Shown: piece by piece, positions 45,954 through 56,156 of the stretch | Layout of the letters: every line of letters begins with the position of its first letter | Numbering within the stretch: position 1 is the first letter of the stretch | Source: Gemmatimonadota bacterium | Lineage (GTDB): Bacteria > Gemmatimonadota > Gemmatimonadetes > Longimicrobiales > Gaopeijiaceae | Assembly (NCBI GenBank): GCA_039589315.1 | Contig: JBDHHQ010000010.1 | Span: 26,939-90,938 of the forward strand | Direction of reading: 5' to 3' | Length of the DNA stretch: 64,000 nt | Translations under genes and position numbers: made by a program | Notes under the pieces: generated by a model | Databases searched by the model: none | The model's input: the letters and a program-made list of their open reading frames with translations, nothing else | Told to the model about the DNA's origin: nothing

Positions 45954-47534
45954 TCAGCGTGCCATCAGGACCAGGTCGGCGGCCTTCTCGGCGATCATGA
46001 TCACGGGCCAGTGGGGGTGTCCCCGGATCGTGTGTGGCATCACGGACGCATCCACGACGCGAAGACCATCCACGCCCCGGACCTCCAGAGATGGGGTCAG
46101 TACCGCATCGGGTCCGTCGCCCATCCCGCACGTGCCCACCGGGTGGTAGATGGTCTCGGCCCGCTCCCGCACGAACGCGGCGATCTCCTCGTCACTGCGG
46201 ACCCCCTCGTCGGGCATGAGGGGTTTCCCCACGTAGCGCGCCAGCGGCTCGGTAGAGAAGATCCGGCGCACCAGCTTGATCGATTCCACCAGCACGCGCA
46301 GATCCTCACCCTCGCGGTCCGACAGGTAGTTCGGGTCGATCTTCGGGGCCGCCATGGGGTCGGGGGAGCCCAGGCGAATCGCTCCCCGGCTTCGGGGCTG
46401 GAGGAGAATCCCGCCTGCGGAGAGGTATTCCCCGGGGACTCGGGTCAAGCCGTGGTCCACGAAAGCCACCGGGGCCCAGATGAGCTCCAGGTCCGGCAGC
46501 TCCAACTCGGGGCGGGTGCGGACGAACCCGCACGCTTCGGCCACGTTGGAGGTGACCGGGCCTCGCTTGGACAGGAACCACCGGAGCAGGGCCGGCAGCC
46601 TCTCGGCCCGGGCCAAGCTGGGCGTCCCCACCGCCTCCATCACGACGCCGCAGACCAGGTGGTCCTGGAGGTTGGCGCCCACGGCCGGGCGATCGACGGC
46701 CACTTGGATCCCGTGTTCCTGAAGGGCCTGACCGGGGCCGATGCCCGAGAGCATGAGCAGTTGCGGCGAGAACACGGCACCGGCCGCCAGGATGACCTCG
46801 CGACGAGCCCGAACCCGACCCACGCCCTTCTTGCCCCGATACTCCACGCCGCTGGCCCGACCCTCGTGCAGGATGACCCTCGTGACCCGGGTGTCCTGCC
46901 GCACTTCCAGGTTCGGCCGGTGCACGGCGGGGCGCAGGTACGCGTCCACCACGCTGAACCGGCTTCCGCTTCGTTGGTTCACCTGGGTCTGCTCGACCCC
47001 ATCCGGATCCGGCCCGTTGAGGTCCGAGCACCGGGGGATGCCCAGGTTGGCGGCGGACTCCAGGAAGGCCTCGGTCGTGGGGGTGGGATCGCGTAGCTCC
47101 CCCACGGGCAGCGGTCCGCCCGAGCCTCGCCACTCCGACGGGCCCCGTGCCGAGTCCTCGGAGCGGCGGAAGTACGGCAGCACGTCGTCGAAGCCCCAGC
47201 CGGCGCACCCCGCCCGAACCCACTCGTCGTAGTCCCGCGGATGCCCCCGCACGACTATCATCGCGTTGATGGACGAGCAACCACCGAGCATGCGCCCGCC
47301 CGGCCAGTAGATCCGGCGTCCGTCCAGTCGTTCCTGGGGCTCGGTAGACAGATTCCAGTCCCGCCGGGTCTTGAACAGTCGGGAGAACGCCGCTGGCGCC
47401 CGCACCATGACGCTCCGGTCGTTCGTACCGGCCTCGAGGAGCAGCACCGACGCGGTCGGATCCTCGGACAGCCGCGCCGCGAGGACGGAGCCCGCCGTGC
47501 CGCCTCCAACGATGATGTAGTCGAACTCGGCCAT
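45954..47534 (-). CDS. GMC oxidoreductase (choline dehydrogenase-like)
   Basis: GGGTAG, GGCSSIN, GANLQDH, YHPVGTC, RVVDAS, IAEKAAD. Confidence 0.94.
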   Translation of the reverse strand: MAEFDYIIVGGGTAGSVLAARLSEDPTASVLLLEAGTNDRSVMVRAPAAFSRLFKTRRDWNLSTEPQERLDGRRIYWPGGRMLGGCSSINAMIVVRGHPRDYDEWVRAGCAGWGFDDVLPYFRRSEDSARGPSEWRGSGGPLPVGELRDPTPTTEAFLESAANLGIPRCSDLNGPDPDGVEQTQVNQRSGSRFSVVDAYLRPAVHRPNLEVRQDTRVTRVILHEGRASGVEYRGKKGVGRVRARREVILAAGAVFSPQLLMLSGIGPGQALQEHGIQVAVDRPAVGANLQDHLVCGVVMEAVGTPSLARAERLPALLRWFLSKRGPVTSNVAEACGFVRTRPELELPDLELIWAPVAFVDHGLTRVPGEYLSAGGILLQPRSRGAIRLGSPDPMAAPKIDPNYLSDREGEDLRVLVESIKLVRRIFSTEPLARYVGKPLMPDEGVRSDEEIAAFVRERAETIYHPVGTCGMGDGPDAVLTPSLEVRGVDGLRVVDASVMPHTIRGHPHWPVIMIAEKAADLVLMAR

Positions 47535-47867
47535 GCCCTGTCCGCTCGGTCGGGTGTGGGGTTCGGCGAGCACCCCCCACGCGTCACGCTCGGCCGAGGT
47601 CGTCCGCCGCTTCGGACTCCCAAGATTGGTCGGGACGCCGTTCACGCAAGCAGATGAGCCCGTCGCCAACGATCCGAAGACCCATCGGGAGCGCGACTCG
47701 GGGTGAGCCCGGTCTCGCACCGGACGAGCGGCAGGGCTCGGACGGCGCCCGGAAAGAGGGCCCACCGCCCCCTTGCCGGCACGCTCTTCTTGCCATCCTG
47801 ATCGGGCCGGCTGAACTTGAGATTCCCCCCTGTGCCCACCGCACCACCCCCGACTCCAGGAGTCTCC

Positions 47868-50800
47868 ATGTCTTCACTTCGGGTCTACGGCAGAAGGGAC
47901 GACCAGCTCGAGCACCGATCGGTAGGGACGGGCACCTTCCTGGACCACGTCGACGTCCAGGACGCCATCAGCCTCTCGGCCGACCGGAGCGGCGACGCCG
48001 AGACCATCGACATCCCCGATCTGCAGGACGATGACGTCCTGGAGATCTCCCTCGAGGACGGGCTGAAGATCTGGACCCGGTGGGATGACCTGCAGAGCGA
48101 CATGGCCGGTCAGATCGTTCGTGGAGAGGGCGACGAGCTGGTCCTACCGAGCTCCGTCCGACTGGGAGACCAGACGCGGGGCGCCGGCGATTGGGCGCTG
48201 ACCGCACTCCGGAGAGTCGGGTTCGACCTCCCAGGAGCCACGGGCGAGGCCATCGCCCAGGCCTTGGAGAGCCGCCTCGAGCAGGAGCCCGGGCTATACC
48301 GGTGGTCGCTGGCGGACGGCATGCAGGTTGTGGACGGCGCCAGCGTCGCCACCGATCGACCGTCACTGTTGTTCATTCATGGCACCATGTCTTCCACGGT
48401 GGGGAGCTTCGGCGGGCTCCTGGAAGAGGAAGTGTGGCAGCGCTTCACGCGGGAGTACGGAGACCAGATCTACGCGTTGGAGCACCGCACGTTGAGCCTG
48501 AACCCGATCCAGAACGCCCTCGAGCTGCTCGAGGTCCTGCCGGAGGCCGCCCAGCTCCATCTCGTGACCCACTCTCGCGGCGGGCTCGTCGGCGAGCTCC
48601 TATGCCGGGGGATGCGGATCGGCGGCGATCCCGTCGACGAGCTCGACGTCACCGTATTCCAGGAGCGGCACGGACCGGGCGCCGCGGATCTCGAACGCCT
48701 CGAGAGGCTCGGGGCCCTCTTGGCCGAGCGCAGGCCCGCCGTCGAGCGCTTCGTGCGCGTCGGATGCCCGGCTGCCGGCACCACGCTGGCTTCGGGCCGG
48801 CTGGACCGGTACCTGAGCGTGCTGCGCAACGTGATCGGTGCCATCCCGGCCTTGAAGGCGAGTCAGTTCTACGAGTTCGTCACCGCGTTCCTCCTTGCGG
48901 TGGTCAAGCAGCGGACAGACCCCGAGCGGATCCCGGGGCTCGAAGCCCAGATGCCGGAATCGCCCCTCGTGGCCATGGTGAACCGACCGGACGTCAGCCT
49001 GGAAGGCGACCTGTCGGTCATCGCGGGCGACATCGTGCCGTCGGGCGTCTTCGCGCGTCTGGGGGTTCTGGCGCTGGACGCCTTCTTCCTCGCCGATCAC
49101 GACCTGGTGGTCAACACAGCGGCCATGCTGGGCGGGGCACCTCGGCGGTCCGGCGGCCGCGCGATGCTCACGAAAGGCACGCAGGTCAACCACTTCCACT
49201 ACTTCAAGAACGACGACACGGTACGGGCGATCAGCTCCGCCCTGAAGGACGGGTCGGACGCTGCCCTCGCGGACGGGCCTTTCATGACGCTGGACCAGGC
49301 CCGAGGACGCCACCGCGAGCGGCGGTTCACGGGCCGCGGGAGCACGGTTCCCAGGCCCACGGTCTTCGTCGTTCCCGGTCTCATGGGTAGCCACCTGGAA
49401 GTGGCGGGCAACCGCGTCTGGCTGGACATCGCCGACCTGGCCCGGGGACGAATGGACCGCCTGCGCCACGATGCGCCCGGGGTTCAGCCCGTCGAACCCA
49501 TCGACCGGGTCTACGGCGAGCTGTCGGAGTATTTGAGCGACAGCCACGACGTCCGCCAGTTCCCGTACGACTGGCGGCGATCGGTGATGGAGTGGGGGGA
49601 CCGTCTCGGCGAGGAGGTGAAGCGCGCCCTGACGCGGTCCGATCTCCCCGTGCGCGTCATCGCTCACTCCATGGGCGGCCTGATCACACAGGCCATGATC
49701 CACGAGCACCCGGCCGTGTGGGAGGAAGTCACCCGCCGTGGGGGACACCGGGTGGTCCTGATGGGGACACCGATCAACGGCTCGTTCACGATCCCCCTGG
49801 TGCTCCTGGGGAGAGAGTCGACCCTCAAGAAGCTCGCCATGTTGGACCTCCGGAACTCACGGGAGGCGATTCTCGAGATCGTGGCTGGCTACCAGGGCCT
49901 GCTGGACCTGCTTCCAGGCATCGAGCATCAAGCCATGTTCGAGCGGGAGTTCTGGAATCGTCTCCATGAGCTCCACGGGGGTTGGACGCGCCCGGAGCGA
50001 GATCTTCTGGCTGCGGCCAAGCGCGCGCGCGCGGCCCTCGCTGAAACCTCGTTCGGAGCCGAGCCGGTCCGCTACGTGGCGGGCCAGGCTCCGGTGACCC
50101 CCAACGGCTACCGCCTGGACCCGGGCGCCCGTGGCGCCCGCCGAATCCAATTCCTGGGCACGGCAAGAGGAGACGGTCGTGTGCCGTGGGACTCGGGTCC
50201 GCCACCGGGTGCCGAGGTCTACTACCTGGAGGGGGTGTCCCACGGAGACCTGCCCGCCCACCGAGCGGCGTTCGGCGCCTATCTGGAGCTGCTCGAAGCA
50301 GGAGACACCCGGCTGTTGAGCCGGACGCCTCCCTCCACGCGCGGAGCCCCGGACGAGTTCGAGCTGCCGGATATCCCGGTGGATCTCTTCCCGGACGAGG
50401 AGGACCTGGAAACCTCGGTCGTCGGTGGCACCCGGTCCGTGAAGATCGAGGCCCGCGCGCCCGAGCTCCGTGTCAGGGTGGCCCACGGCAACCTGGCGTT
50501 CGCCAGCCACCCGGTGGTGGTGGGCCACTACCGGGACGATCTGATCGTGAGCGCCGAGAAGGCCCTCGACCACCACCTCGGCGGGCTGCTGAGACAGAGA
50601 CACGCCGCGTCCGTGTACCCCGGTGACCTGAGGACCGCGGCCGTCGTCTTCAACCCGGTCGAAGGGCGCCGGCCCAAGGGCGCCATCGTGGTGGGGCTGG
50701 GTGAGGTGGGACGCCTGAGCCCCGGGGCACTCGCGTCCACCATCGCACACGGGATGAAGGAATACGCGTCCCGCCGCATGGAGCTCGAGCATGAGCTGGC

Positions 50801-53258
50801 GGCCCAGGGCGACGGCCGGCTGAGGGTAAGCCTCCTCCTGATCGGCACCGGTGAGGGGGGGTTGGGCCTGAGAAACGCCCTGGCTTCGATCCTCGAGGGG
50901 ATCCGGGAAGCCAACGTCTCCCTGGCGAAGACCCAAGGGGCCGAGGCGGTCAGGGTTGACGAAGTCGAGTTCATCGAGCTCTACGAGGATCGGGCCGTCG
51001 AGGCGTTGGACGCTCTGCGTAGGATGGCGTGTGAAGCCCGGGCGGGCCTGTGGGTCGAGCCCGAGCTGAAGGCCCTGCGCGGTGGTCGACGCCGCATGTA
51101 TGAAGAAGGCGACGAGGCGTGGTGGCACCGCATCGAGGTGCTGGGGGGCATGGAGGCCGGCGAGGATCCCTTCACGCCTCTTCGGTTCAAGGCGCTCACG
51201 GATCGCGCACGAGTCCACCAGGAGCTGGTTCCGGCCCAGCGCGCGTTGATCGACAAGATGGTGGAGGAGTCCATCACCAGAACCTCCTGGGACCCCGAGT
51301 TGGCGCGGACCCTCTTCGAGCTGCTGTTGCCCAACTCGTTCAAGAACGCAGCCCGCGACCGACGAAGCGTGGAGCTGGTCCTGGACGAGGAGGCCGCCAG
51401 CTATCCGTGGGAGCTCCTGGTCAATCCACAGGGCGACGGAGAACCCGCCTCCATTCGGGCCGGCATGGTGCGAAGGCTCATCACGCCAGCCTCCCTTTCC
51501 CCCAACGAAACGTCGGCCAGCGACTTCGCCCTCGTCGTGGGCAACCCGCCCAGCGACATGCCGGATCTGCCCGGGGCTTCCGCCGAGGCCCGAGCGGTGG
51601 CCGACACGCTCGACGCCCGGGGCTTCAAGGTCACGGCCTCCATAGAAGAGAAGGGCACTCAGGTGCTCAAGGCCATGTTCGGGAAGGAGGGCTCCGGGGC
51701 CCGGGGATATCGGATCCTGCATCTAGCAGGACACGGCGTCTACCGTGGACTGGGCAGCCGGGATTCGGGGATGGTCCTGGGAACCGGAGAGCTCTTCACG
51801 CCCTCGGAGGTGGAGCGCATGAGGTTCATTCCCGAGCTGGTCTTCATCAACTGTTGCCACCTCGGGCGGGTAGAGGGCGGTCGGGAGCCCGGCACGAGAC
51901 ACCTCAACCGTCTCGCGGCCAACCTCGGCACACAGTTCATCCGCTGCGGCGTCAAGGCCGTCGTCACGGCTGGCTGGGCCGTGAACGACAGCGCCGCCGA
52001 GCTGTTTGCCACGACCTTCTACGAACAGATGCTCGACCAGCGCGAGACGTTTGGCGATGCGGTGCGGGCCGCCCGCGAGCGGGTCAAGGAGGATTTCGCG
52101 GCCAACAATACCTGGGCAGCATACCAATGCTACGGGGATCACTCGTTCGTGCTCCGCGCTGGGGCCGGCTCGAGGGCTCCGAGGAGCGCGTGCGACGCGG
52201 CCAGGGCGTTCTCCGCGCCGGCCCATGCGATCGTGGAGCTCGACAACATCGCAGGCCAGGCAGAAACCGCTTCGACTCACGGCCACGCGTGGCTGGAGGG
52301 GCAGCTGACCGAGGTGGTCTCCAGGATTCCCGATCGGTGGATGAAGAGCCGGGCCGATGTCCAGGCGGCTCTGGGCAAGGCATGGGGTCAGCTGGGTGAC
52401 TTCGACCGGGCACAAGACCACCTGGGCGCCGCCCTCGGTATGGAGGGCTCGCACTTCCCGGTCCGAAGCATCGAAGCGTACGCGAACGTCACGGTGCGCG
52501 CGGCCTTCAGACGGTGGAGCGTGGCACATCCGGCGGCCCCGGGGGGGAACACCAATGCTCGGTCCGACCGGAGCGAGACCTCCGATGGAAGGAGCACCGA
52601 TCCCGAGGCCGCAACGCTGCCCTGCAAAGAACGCATCCACGCGGCTCAGGACCTCATCGTGAACCTCATGGCCATCGGCGAGATCCGGACTGGCACGCCC
52701 CGCAGAGCGATGCCACGGGAGTTGCCCGGGGCGACGTCGGAGAGGCTTTCCCTCCTCGGCAGCGCCCACAAGCGGCGCGCAGCGATGGGAGGCCCTGGAA
52801 GCGGGGACGAGCTCCTGCGATGCCGCGACCGGTACGCCGACGCGGTCGCGCTCGCCGAGGGCGACCGTCTCTCTTACCCGCTCCTCAATTGGCTCTATGT
52901 GGTGGCATTGCGGAAGGCCCGGGGAGCAGCGGAACGCCCCGCGCCCTTCCTGGACCGCCTCGAGCAAGCCACCACCGAGGCCGCCCGGAAGGACGGGGAG
53001 GACCCGAACTTCTTCAACCATGTGCTGACCGCCGAGGTCAAGTTGATCGCGGGCCTCTGGGAAGGAGCGTTCGACCCTGACGAGATCATGAGCATCTACA
53101 GCTCGGCGTGGATCCGTGGCGGGTCCTACCGATCGTATCGCTCCATCGATGAGCACTTGGATTGCATGGTGCGTTTGGTCCGGCGCCGGCGGTCCCTCGC
53201 AGAAGCTCTGCACGATCTCCGAACGGGATTCAGACGCCTGGTATCGGAGGATGTCTAG
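47868..53258 (+). CDS. Large multidomain protein: two alpha/beta-hydrolase (lipase-like) domains, CHAT protease, helical TPR-like C-terminus
   Basis: FIHG/THSRGG; PGLMGS/YDWR/AHSMGG/GDGRVP; YPWELL, HLAGHG, FINCCH, WAV.D, W..Y.CYGD. Confidence 0.9.
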   Translation: MSSLRVYGRRDDQLEHRSVGTGTFLDHVDVQDAISLSADRSGDAETIDIPDLQDDDVLEISLEDGLKIWTRWDDLQSDMAGQIVRGEGDELVLPSSVRLGDQTRGAGDWALTALRRVGFDLPGATGEAIAQALESRLEQEPGLYRWSLADGMQVVDGASVATDRPSLLFIHGTMSSTVGSFGGLLEEEVWQRFTREYGDQIYALEHRTLSLNPIQNALELLEVLPEAAQLHLVTHSRGGLVGELLCRGMRIGGDPVDELDVTVFQERHGPGAADLERLERLGALLAERRPAVERFVRVGCPAAGTTLASGRLDRYLSVLRNVIGAIPALKASQFYEFVTAFLLAVVKQRTDPERIPGLEAQMPESPLVAMVNRPDVSLEGDLSVIAGDIVPSGVFARLGVLALDAFFLADHDLVVNTAAMLGGAPRRSGGRAMLTKGTQVNHFHYFKNDDTVRAISSALKDGSDAALADGPFMTLDQARGRHRERRFTGRGSTVPRPTVFVVPGLMGSHLEVAGNRVWLDIADLARGRMDRLRHDAPGVQPVEPIDRVYGELSEYLSDSHDVRQFPYDWRRSVMEWGDRLGEEVKRALTRSDLPVRVIAHSMGGLITQAMIHEHPAVWEEVTRRGGHRVVLMGTPINGSFTIPLVLLGRESTLKKLAMLDLRNSREAILEIVAGYQGLLDLLPGIEHQAMFEREFWNRLHELHGGWTRPERDLLAAAKRARAALAETSFGAEPVRYVAGQAPVTPNGYRLDPGARGARRIQFLGTARGDGRVPWDSGPPPGAEVYYLEGVSHGDLPAHRAAFGAYLELLEAGDTRLLSRTPPSTRGAPDEFELPDIPVDLFPDEEDLETSVVGGTRSVKIEARAPELRVRVAHGNLAFASHPVVVGHYRDDLIVSAEKALDHHLGGLLRQRHAASVYPGDLRTAAVVFNPVEGRRPKGAIVVGLGEVGRLSPGALASTIAHGMKEYASRRMELEHELAAQGDGRLRVSLLLIGTGEGGLGLRNALASILEGIREANVSLAKTQGAEAVRVDEVEFIELYEDRAVEALDALRRMACEARAGLWVEPELKALRGGRRRMYEEGDEAWWHRIEVLGGMEAGEDPFTPLRFKALTDRARVHQELVPAQRALIDKMVEESITRTSWDPELARTLFELLLPNSFKNAARDRRSVELVLDEEAASYPWELLVNPQGDGEPASIRAGMVRRLITPASLSPNETSASDFALVVGNPPSDMPDLPGASAEARAVADTLDARGFKVTASIEEKGTQVLKAMFGKEGSGARGYRILHLAGHGVYRGLGSRDSGMVLGTGELFTPSEVERMRFIPELVFINCCHLGRVEGGREPGTRHLNRLAANLGTQFIRCGVKAVVTAGWAVNDSAAELFATTFYEQMLDQRETFGDAVRAARERVKEDFAANNTWAAYQCYGDHSFVLRAGAGSRAPRSACDAARAFSAPAHAIVELDNIAGQAETASTHGHAWLEGQLTEVVSRIPDRWMKSRADVQAALGKAWGQLGDFDRAQDHLGAALGMEGSHFPVRSIEAYANVTVRAAFRRWSVAHPAAPGGNTNARSDRSETSDGRSTDPEAATLPCKERIHAAQDLIVNLMAIGEIRTGTPRRAMPRELPGATSERLSLLGSAHKRRAAMGGPGSGDELLRCRDRYADAVALAEGDRLSYPLLNWLYVVALRKARGAAERPAPFLDRLEQATTEAARKDGEDPNFFNHVLTAEVKLIAGLWEGAFDPDEIMSIYSSAWIRGGSYRSYRSIDEHLDCMVRLVRRRRSLAEALHDLRTGFRRLVSEDV

Positions 53259-53306
53259 GGGTGGAGACTGACCTTTGCGACGACCGAATCTCTCGATGGA
53301 GGAGCC

Positions 53307-54236
53307 ATGCCTGCGCCACGTGACCACCACGACCTCGCCACCCGATTCGCTCCCCGGCTGCACCTGCACCCCAAGGAAGAGTTCTTGCCCATGGACCCGG
53401 AGGCGTTCATCGAGAAGTCCCGCCTGGTTCTGCTGCAGGACCGACCTGGAGGCTTCGAGCCTGTAGCGGTGTTCGACCTCGAGCAACGACAGTGGGATAC
53501 GGACCCACCGGACTGGAAGCACTTCGGCCTCTCCACGGGCCTCGTGGGCGGTTGGGAGCAGCTACAGGTCGTCCCGGAAGACGCAGGGTGGAGCCGGCGC
53601 CCCCACGACTCCAGCCTGGCCCCCGACGGCCACCTCTTCGCTCTCGAGCATCAGACGAAGGAGCCGTCCGACGCCTTCGACCCCGCGGACCCTCCGCCCT
53701 GCTTCTACTTCGTCGAAGAGCGGCAGAACGCCACTTGGATCAGCTATTGGTTCTTCTACGGATTCAGCCGATTCCTCGGCAAGTTCGCTCATCAGGGTGA
53801 CTGGGAGCATCTGCGGATCCGCATCCAGGATGACACGATGGACGAAGCCTTGTTCGCGGTGCACGAGGACGTCTACCGGGTGCGGCGGCACCTGTTGAGC
53901 TTCAATGGCGACGCGCTGAACGCCTACTCGGCCAGAAGCCGCCACGCCACGTGGTGGAAGACCGGGAGCTTCGTGCCGTTACCGCTCTTCAAGGACACCA
54001 CCCCCGCGGAGGAGGTGTTGAGCCGGGAGGAGCGTGCGCTCCTGAGTGACGAAACCTCCGAGGAGGGCGCGGTATGGCAGACGCGGCTGAACCTGCAGCC
54101 GTTGGAGGAGCAGCCCTGGCGGCTCTTCGCCGGAGCTTGGGGGAAGGCTGGTGGGGCCGCCCATGGGACCGGCCCTCTGGGGCCCTGGCAGAAGCGCTTT
54201 CTGGCCCCGGATCGGAAGATCATCGAGGAGGACTGA
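53307..54236 (+). CDS. Vps62/NPP1-like protein
   Basis: FAPRLHLHPKE.FLP, YWFFY, HQGDWEH, F.GAWG, GP.GP. Confidence 0.75.
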   Translation: MPAPRDHHDLATRFAPRLHLHPKEEFLPMDPEAFIEKSRLVLLQDRPGGFEPVAVFDLEQRQWDTDPPDWKHFGLSTGLVGGWEQLQVVPEDAGWSRRPHDSSLAPDGHLFALEHQTKEPSDAFDPADPPPCFYFVEERQNATWISYWFFYGFSRFLGKFAHQGDWEHLRIRIQDDTMDEALFAVHEDVYRVRRHLLSFNGDALNAYSARSRHATWWKTGSFVPLPLFKDTTPAEEVLSREERALLSDETSEEGAVWQTRLNLQPLEEQPWRLFAGAWGKAGGAAHGTGPLGPWQKRFLAPDRKIIEED

Positions 54237-54239
54237 GGC

Positions 54240-55154
54240 TCACGCAGCCGGCGTCCGCCCGAGTCCCCGTCGAGTCCGGAAGGAGGAGACGGAGCGTGCC
54301 AACCGGTCCCAGCGCCTCCTGAGCCACCGCTTCTCGCGCGCCACGATCTCGGGCGGATCCGACGGTCCGGCCGTCGGACCACGCTCAGCACCGGGCAGGA
54401 AGGGCCAGAAATCCAGTACGTGGTCATGGCACCGGAACTGGCAGGGATCGTCGAGGGCCGTGGGTAACCGTCGGTCGCAGTCCGCATGGGCCACGTAGCG
54501 CCTCCGGTTCAGCCACGTGAGCTCCATCACGTCGGGCACCTTAAAGCCCCCTATGACGTGGATGCTCGCATAGTTGTTCGCATGCGGGTGCCAGCAGTAA
54601 AAGTGATGGTTGAGCTTCCGTAGGACGGCGACCTTCTGCTCGAGGGGCACGAGGGGATAGGCCGTGCTCCTCCCGAGGCCCGACAGGTCGTGGACTTCCA
54701 GGACGAGCTGGTCGCAGCGCGCCAGCACCGCGTCGGGCATGTTCCGGAGGACGTCCCACTCCGCCCCCTCCACGTCCATCTTCAGAACGAATCGCCGATC
54801 CTGGTCCCCGTTCTTCTCGAGATGACTTTGCAGGGTGTCCTTCCCGGGCGTGGCTGCCGCAGCGATACCTTCCGCCCAGAAGCTGAACCCGTCTCGTTCC
54901 GGAGGAGGGGCCACGGTGTGGTCGTATTGCCGCACCGGGCCGCTGAACCTCCGGTGGAAGTGGCGGTCGAAGCTGTCGTTGTCGCCGATGCCGTACGAGT
55001 AGAGGGCGAGGCCCTCGAGCCTCTCATCCCCGAGGATGACGTATCCGCCGTCACCCCGGTCGCCAAGCCGCATCGGCTCGCCCCCGACGACCCGGCGCGG
55101 TGCCAGCTCCGCCAGCAGATCGGCGATCACGGCTGAACCGTTCGATTCCGGCAT
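54240..55154 (-). CDS. FkbM/Methyltransf_22-like methyltransferase
   Basis: RLG..GDGGY, YSYGI, LKMDVEGAEW, QLVLEVH, HANN. Confidence 0.85.
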   Translation of the reverse strand: MPESNGSAVIADLLAELAPRRVVGGEPMRLGDRGDGGYVILGDERLEGLALYSYGIGDNDSFDRHFHRRFSGPVRQYDHTVAPPPERDGFSFWAEGIAAAATPGKDTLQSHLEKNGDQDRRFVLKMDVEGAEWDVLRNMPDAVLARCDQLVLEVHDLSGLGRSTAYPLVPLEQKVAVLRKLNHHFYCWHPHANNYASIHVIGGFKVPDVMELTWLNRRRYVAHADCDRRLPTALDDPCQFRCHDHVLDFWPFLPGAERGPTAGPSDPPEIVAREKRWLRRRWDRLARSVSSFRTRRGLGRTPAA

Positions 55155-55192
55155 CTTCGGGGCGGGGGCGGAGGTGGCCAGGGAGGGTGCGG

Positions 55193-56131
55193 TCAGGGGT
55201 CTAGGACGGAATCTGCGGCTGCTGTGACCGGCTGCACGCCCGGCAGCGAGAGATCGAGCCCCACCCGCGTGATGACGGCCGCCAGCTCGGAGCGGGTGTA
55301 GTCGTCGATCTGCAGGCCCGGCGGACGGATGAAGGCGGAGTCGATGATGCCGCGCTTCTGGTAGACGAACTTCCGATAGGCCAGACCGATCTTCGGCTGG
55401 AATTCGTAGCGGATCAGGGGCACGTACCGGTCGAAGAGGGCCGCGGCCTCCACGACGTCGCCGGCCCTGAATGCCGTATACACGGCGAGGAGCACCTCGG
55501 GAAACGCGAATCCGGTCATGATGCCCCGGGAGCCGCGCTGCAGCTCTTCGAAGAAGTAGACGCCTCCGAGGCCACCGAAGATCCCGAAGGCATCGGGCGC
55601 CAGCTTCTGGATGCGGCTCATCTTCGCGAGGACGGGGTGCTCCTCGAGCTTGATGTAGCGCACTCCGTCGATCTCATTGGCCATGCGGGCGATGAGGTCG
55701 GCCGAAAGGATCGTTCGGAAGGACTCCGGGAAGTCGTGGATCGCCACGGGGATCTCGATCGCGTCGGCCACAGACGCGTAGTAGTCGAAGATCGCCTGGT
55801 CGTTCTGGACGCCGATGGGGGCCACGAAGACGCCTTCCGCACCGAGCTCCTGTGCCTCGCGCGCCTGCTCGATGGCGCCGGCGGCCCCGAAGGCGAGAAC
55901 TCCGACCCAGGTGGGAAACCTGCCCCCGGCCTGGTCGACCACCGTCCCGACCACCCGGCGCCGCTCCGCGTTCGACAGCCGATGGGCCTCGCCCATGAAC
56001 CCGAGCACGCTCACGCCATGCACGCCGACCTCGTTCTCGAAGTCGATGAGACGCCGCATACTCGTCTCGTCGACGGCCCCGCCGTCGGTGAAGGGCGTGG
56101 GGAGGATGGGAAGTACGCCGTGTAGCTGCAT
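55193..56131 (-). CDS. Dihydrodipicolinate synthase/N-acetylneuraminate lyase family aldolase
   Basis: GVLPILPTPF, LGFMGE, Schiff-base Lys in YIKLE, MTG. Confidence 0.9.
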   Translation of the reverse strand: MQLHGVLPILPTPFTDGGAVDETSMRRLIDFENEVGVHGVSVLGFMGEAHRLSNAERRRVVGTVVDQAGGRFPTWVGVLAFGAAGAIEQAREAQELGAEGVFVAPIGVQNDQAIFDYYASVADAIEIPVAIHDFPESFRTILSADLIARMANEIDGVRYIKLEEHPVLAKMSRIQKLAPDAFGIFGGLGGVYFFEELQRGSRGIMTGFAFPEVLLAVYTAFRAGDVVEAAALFDRYVPLIRYEFQPKIGLAYRKFVYQKRGIIDSAFIRPPGLQIDDYTRSELAAVITRVGLDLSLPGVQPVTAAADSVLDP

Positions 56132-56156
56132 GAGGCTCGACCGTGTGAAGGTGGGA

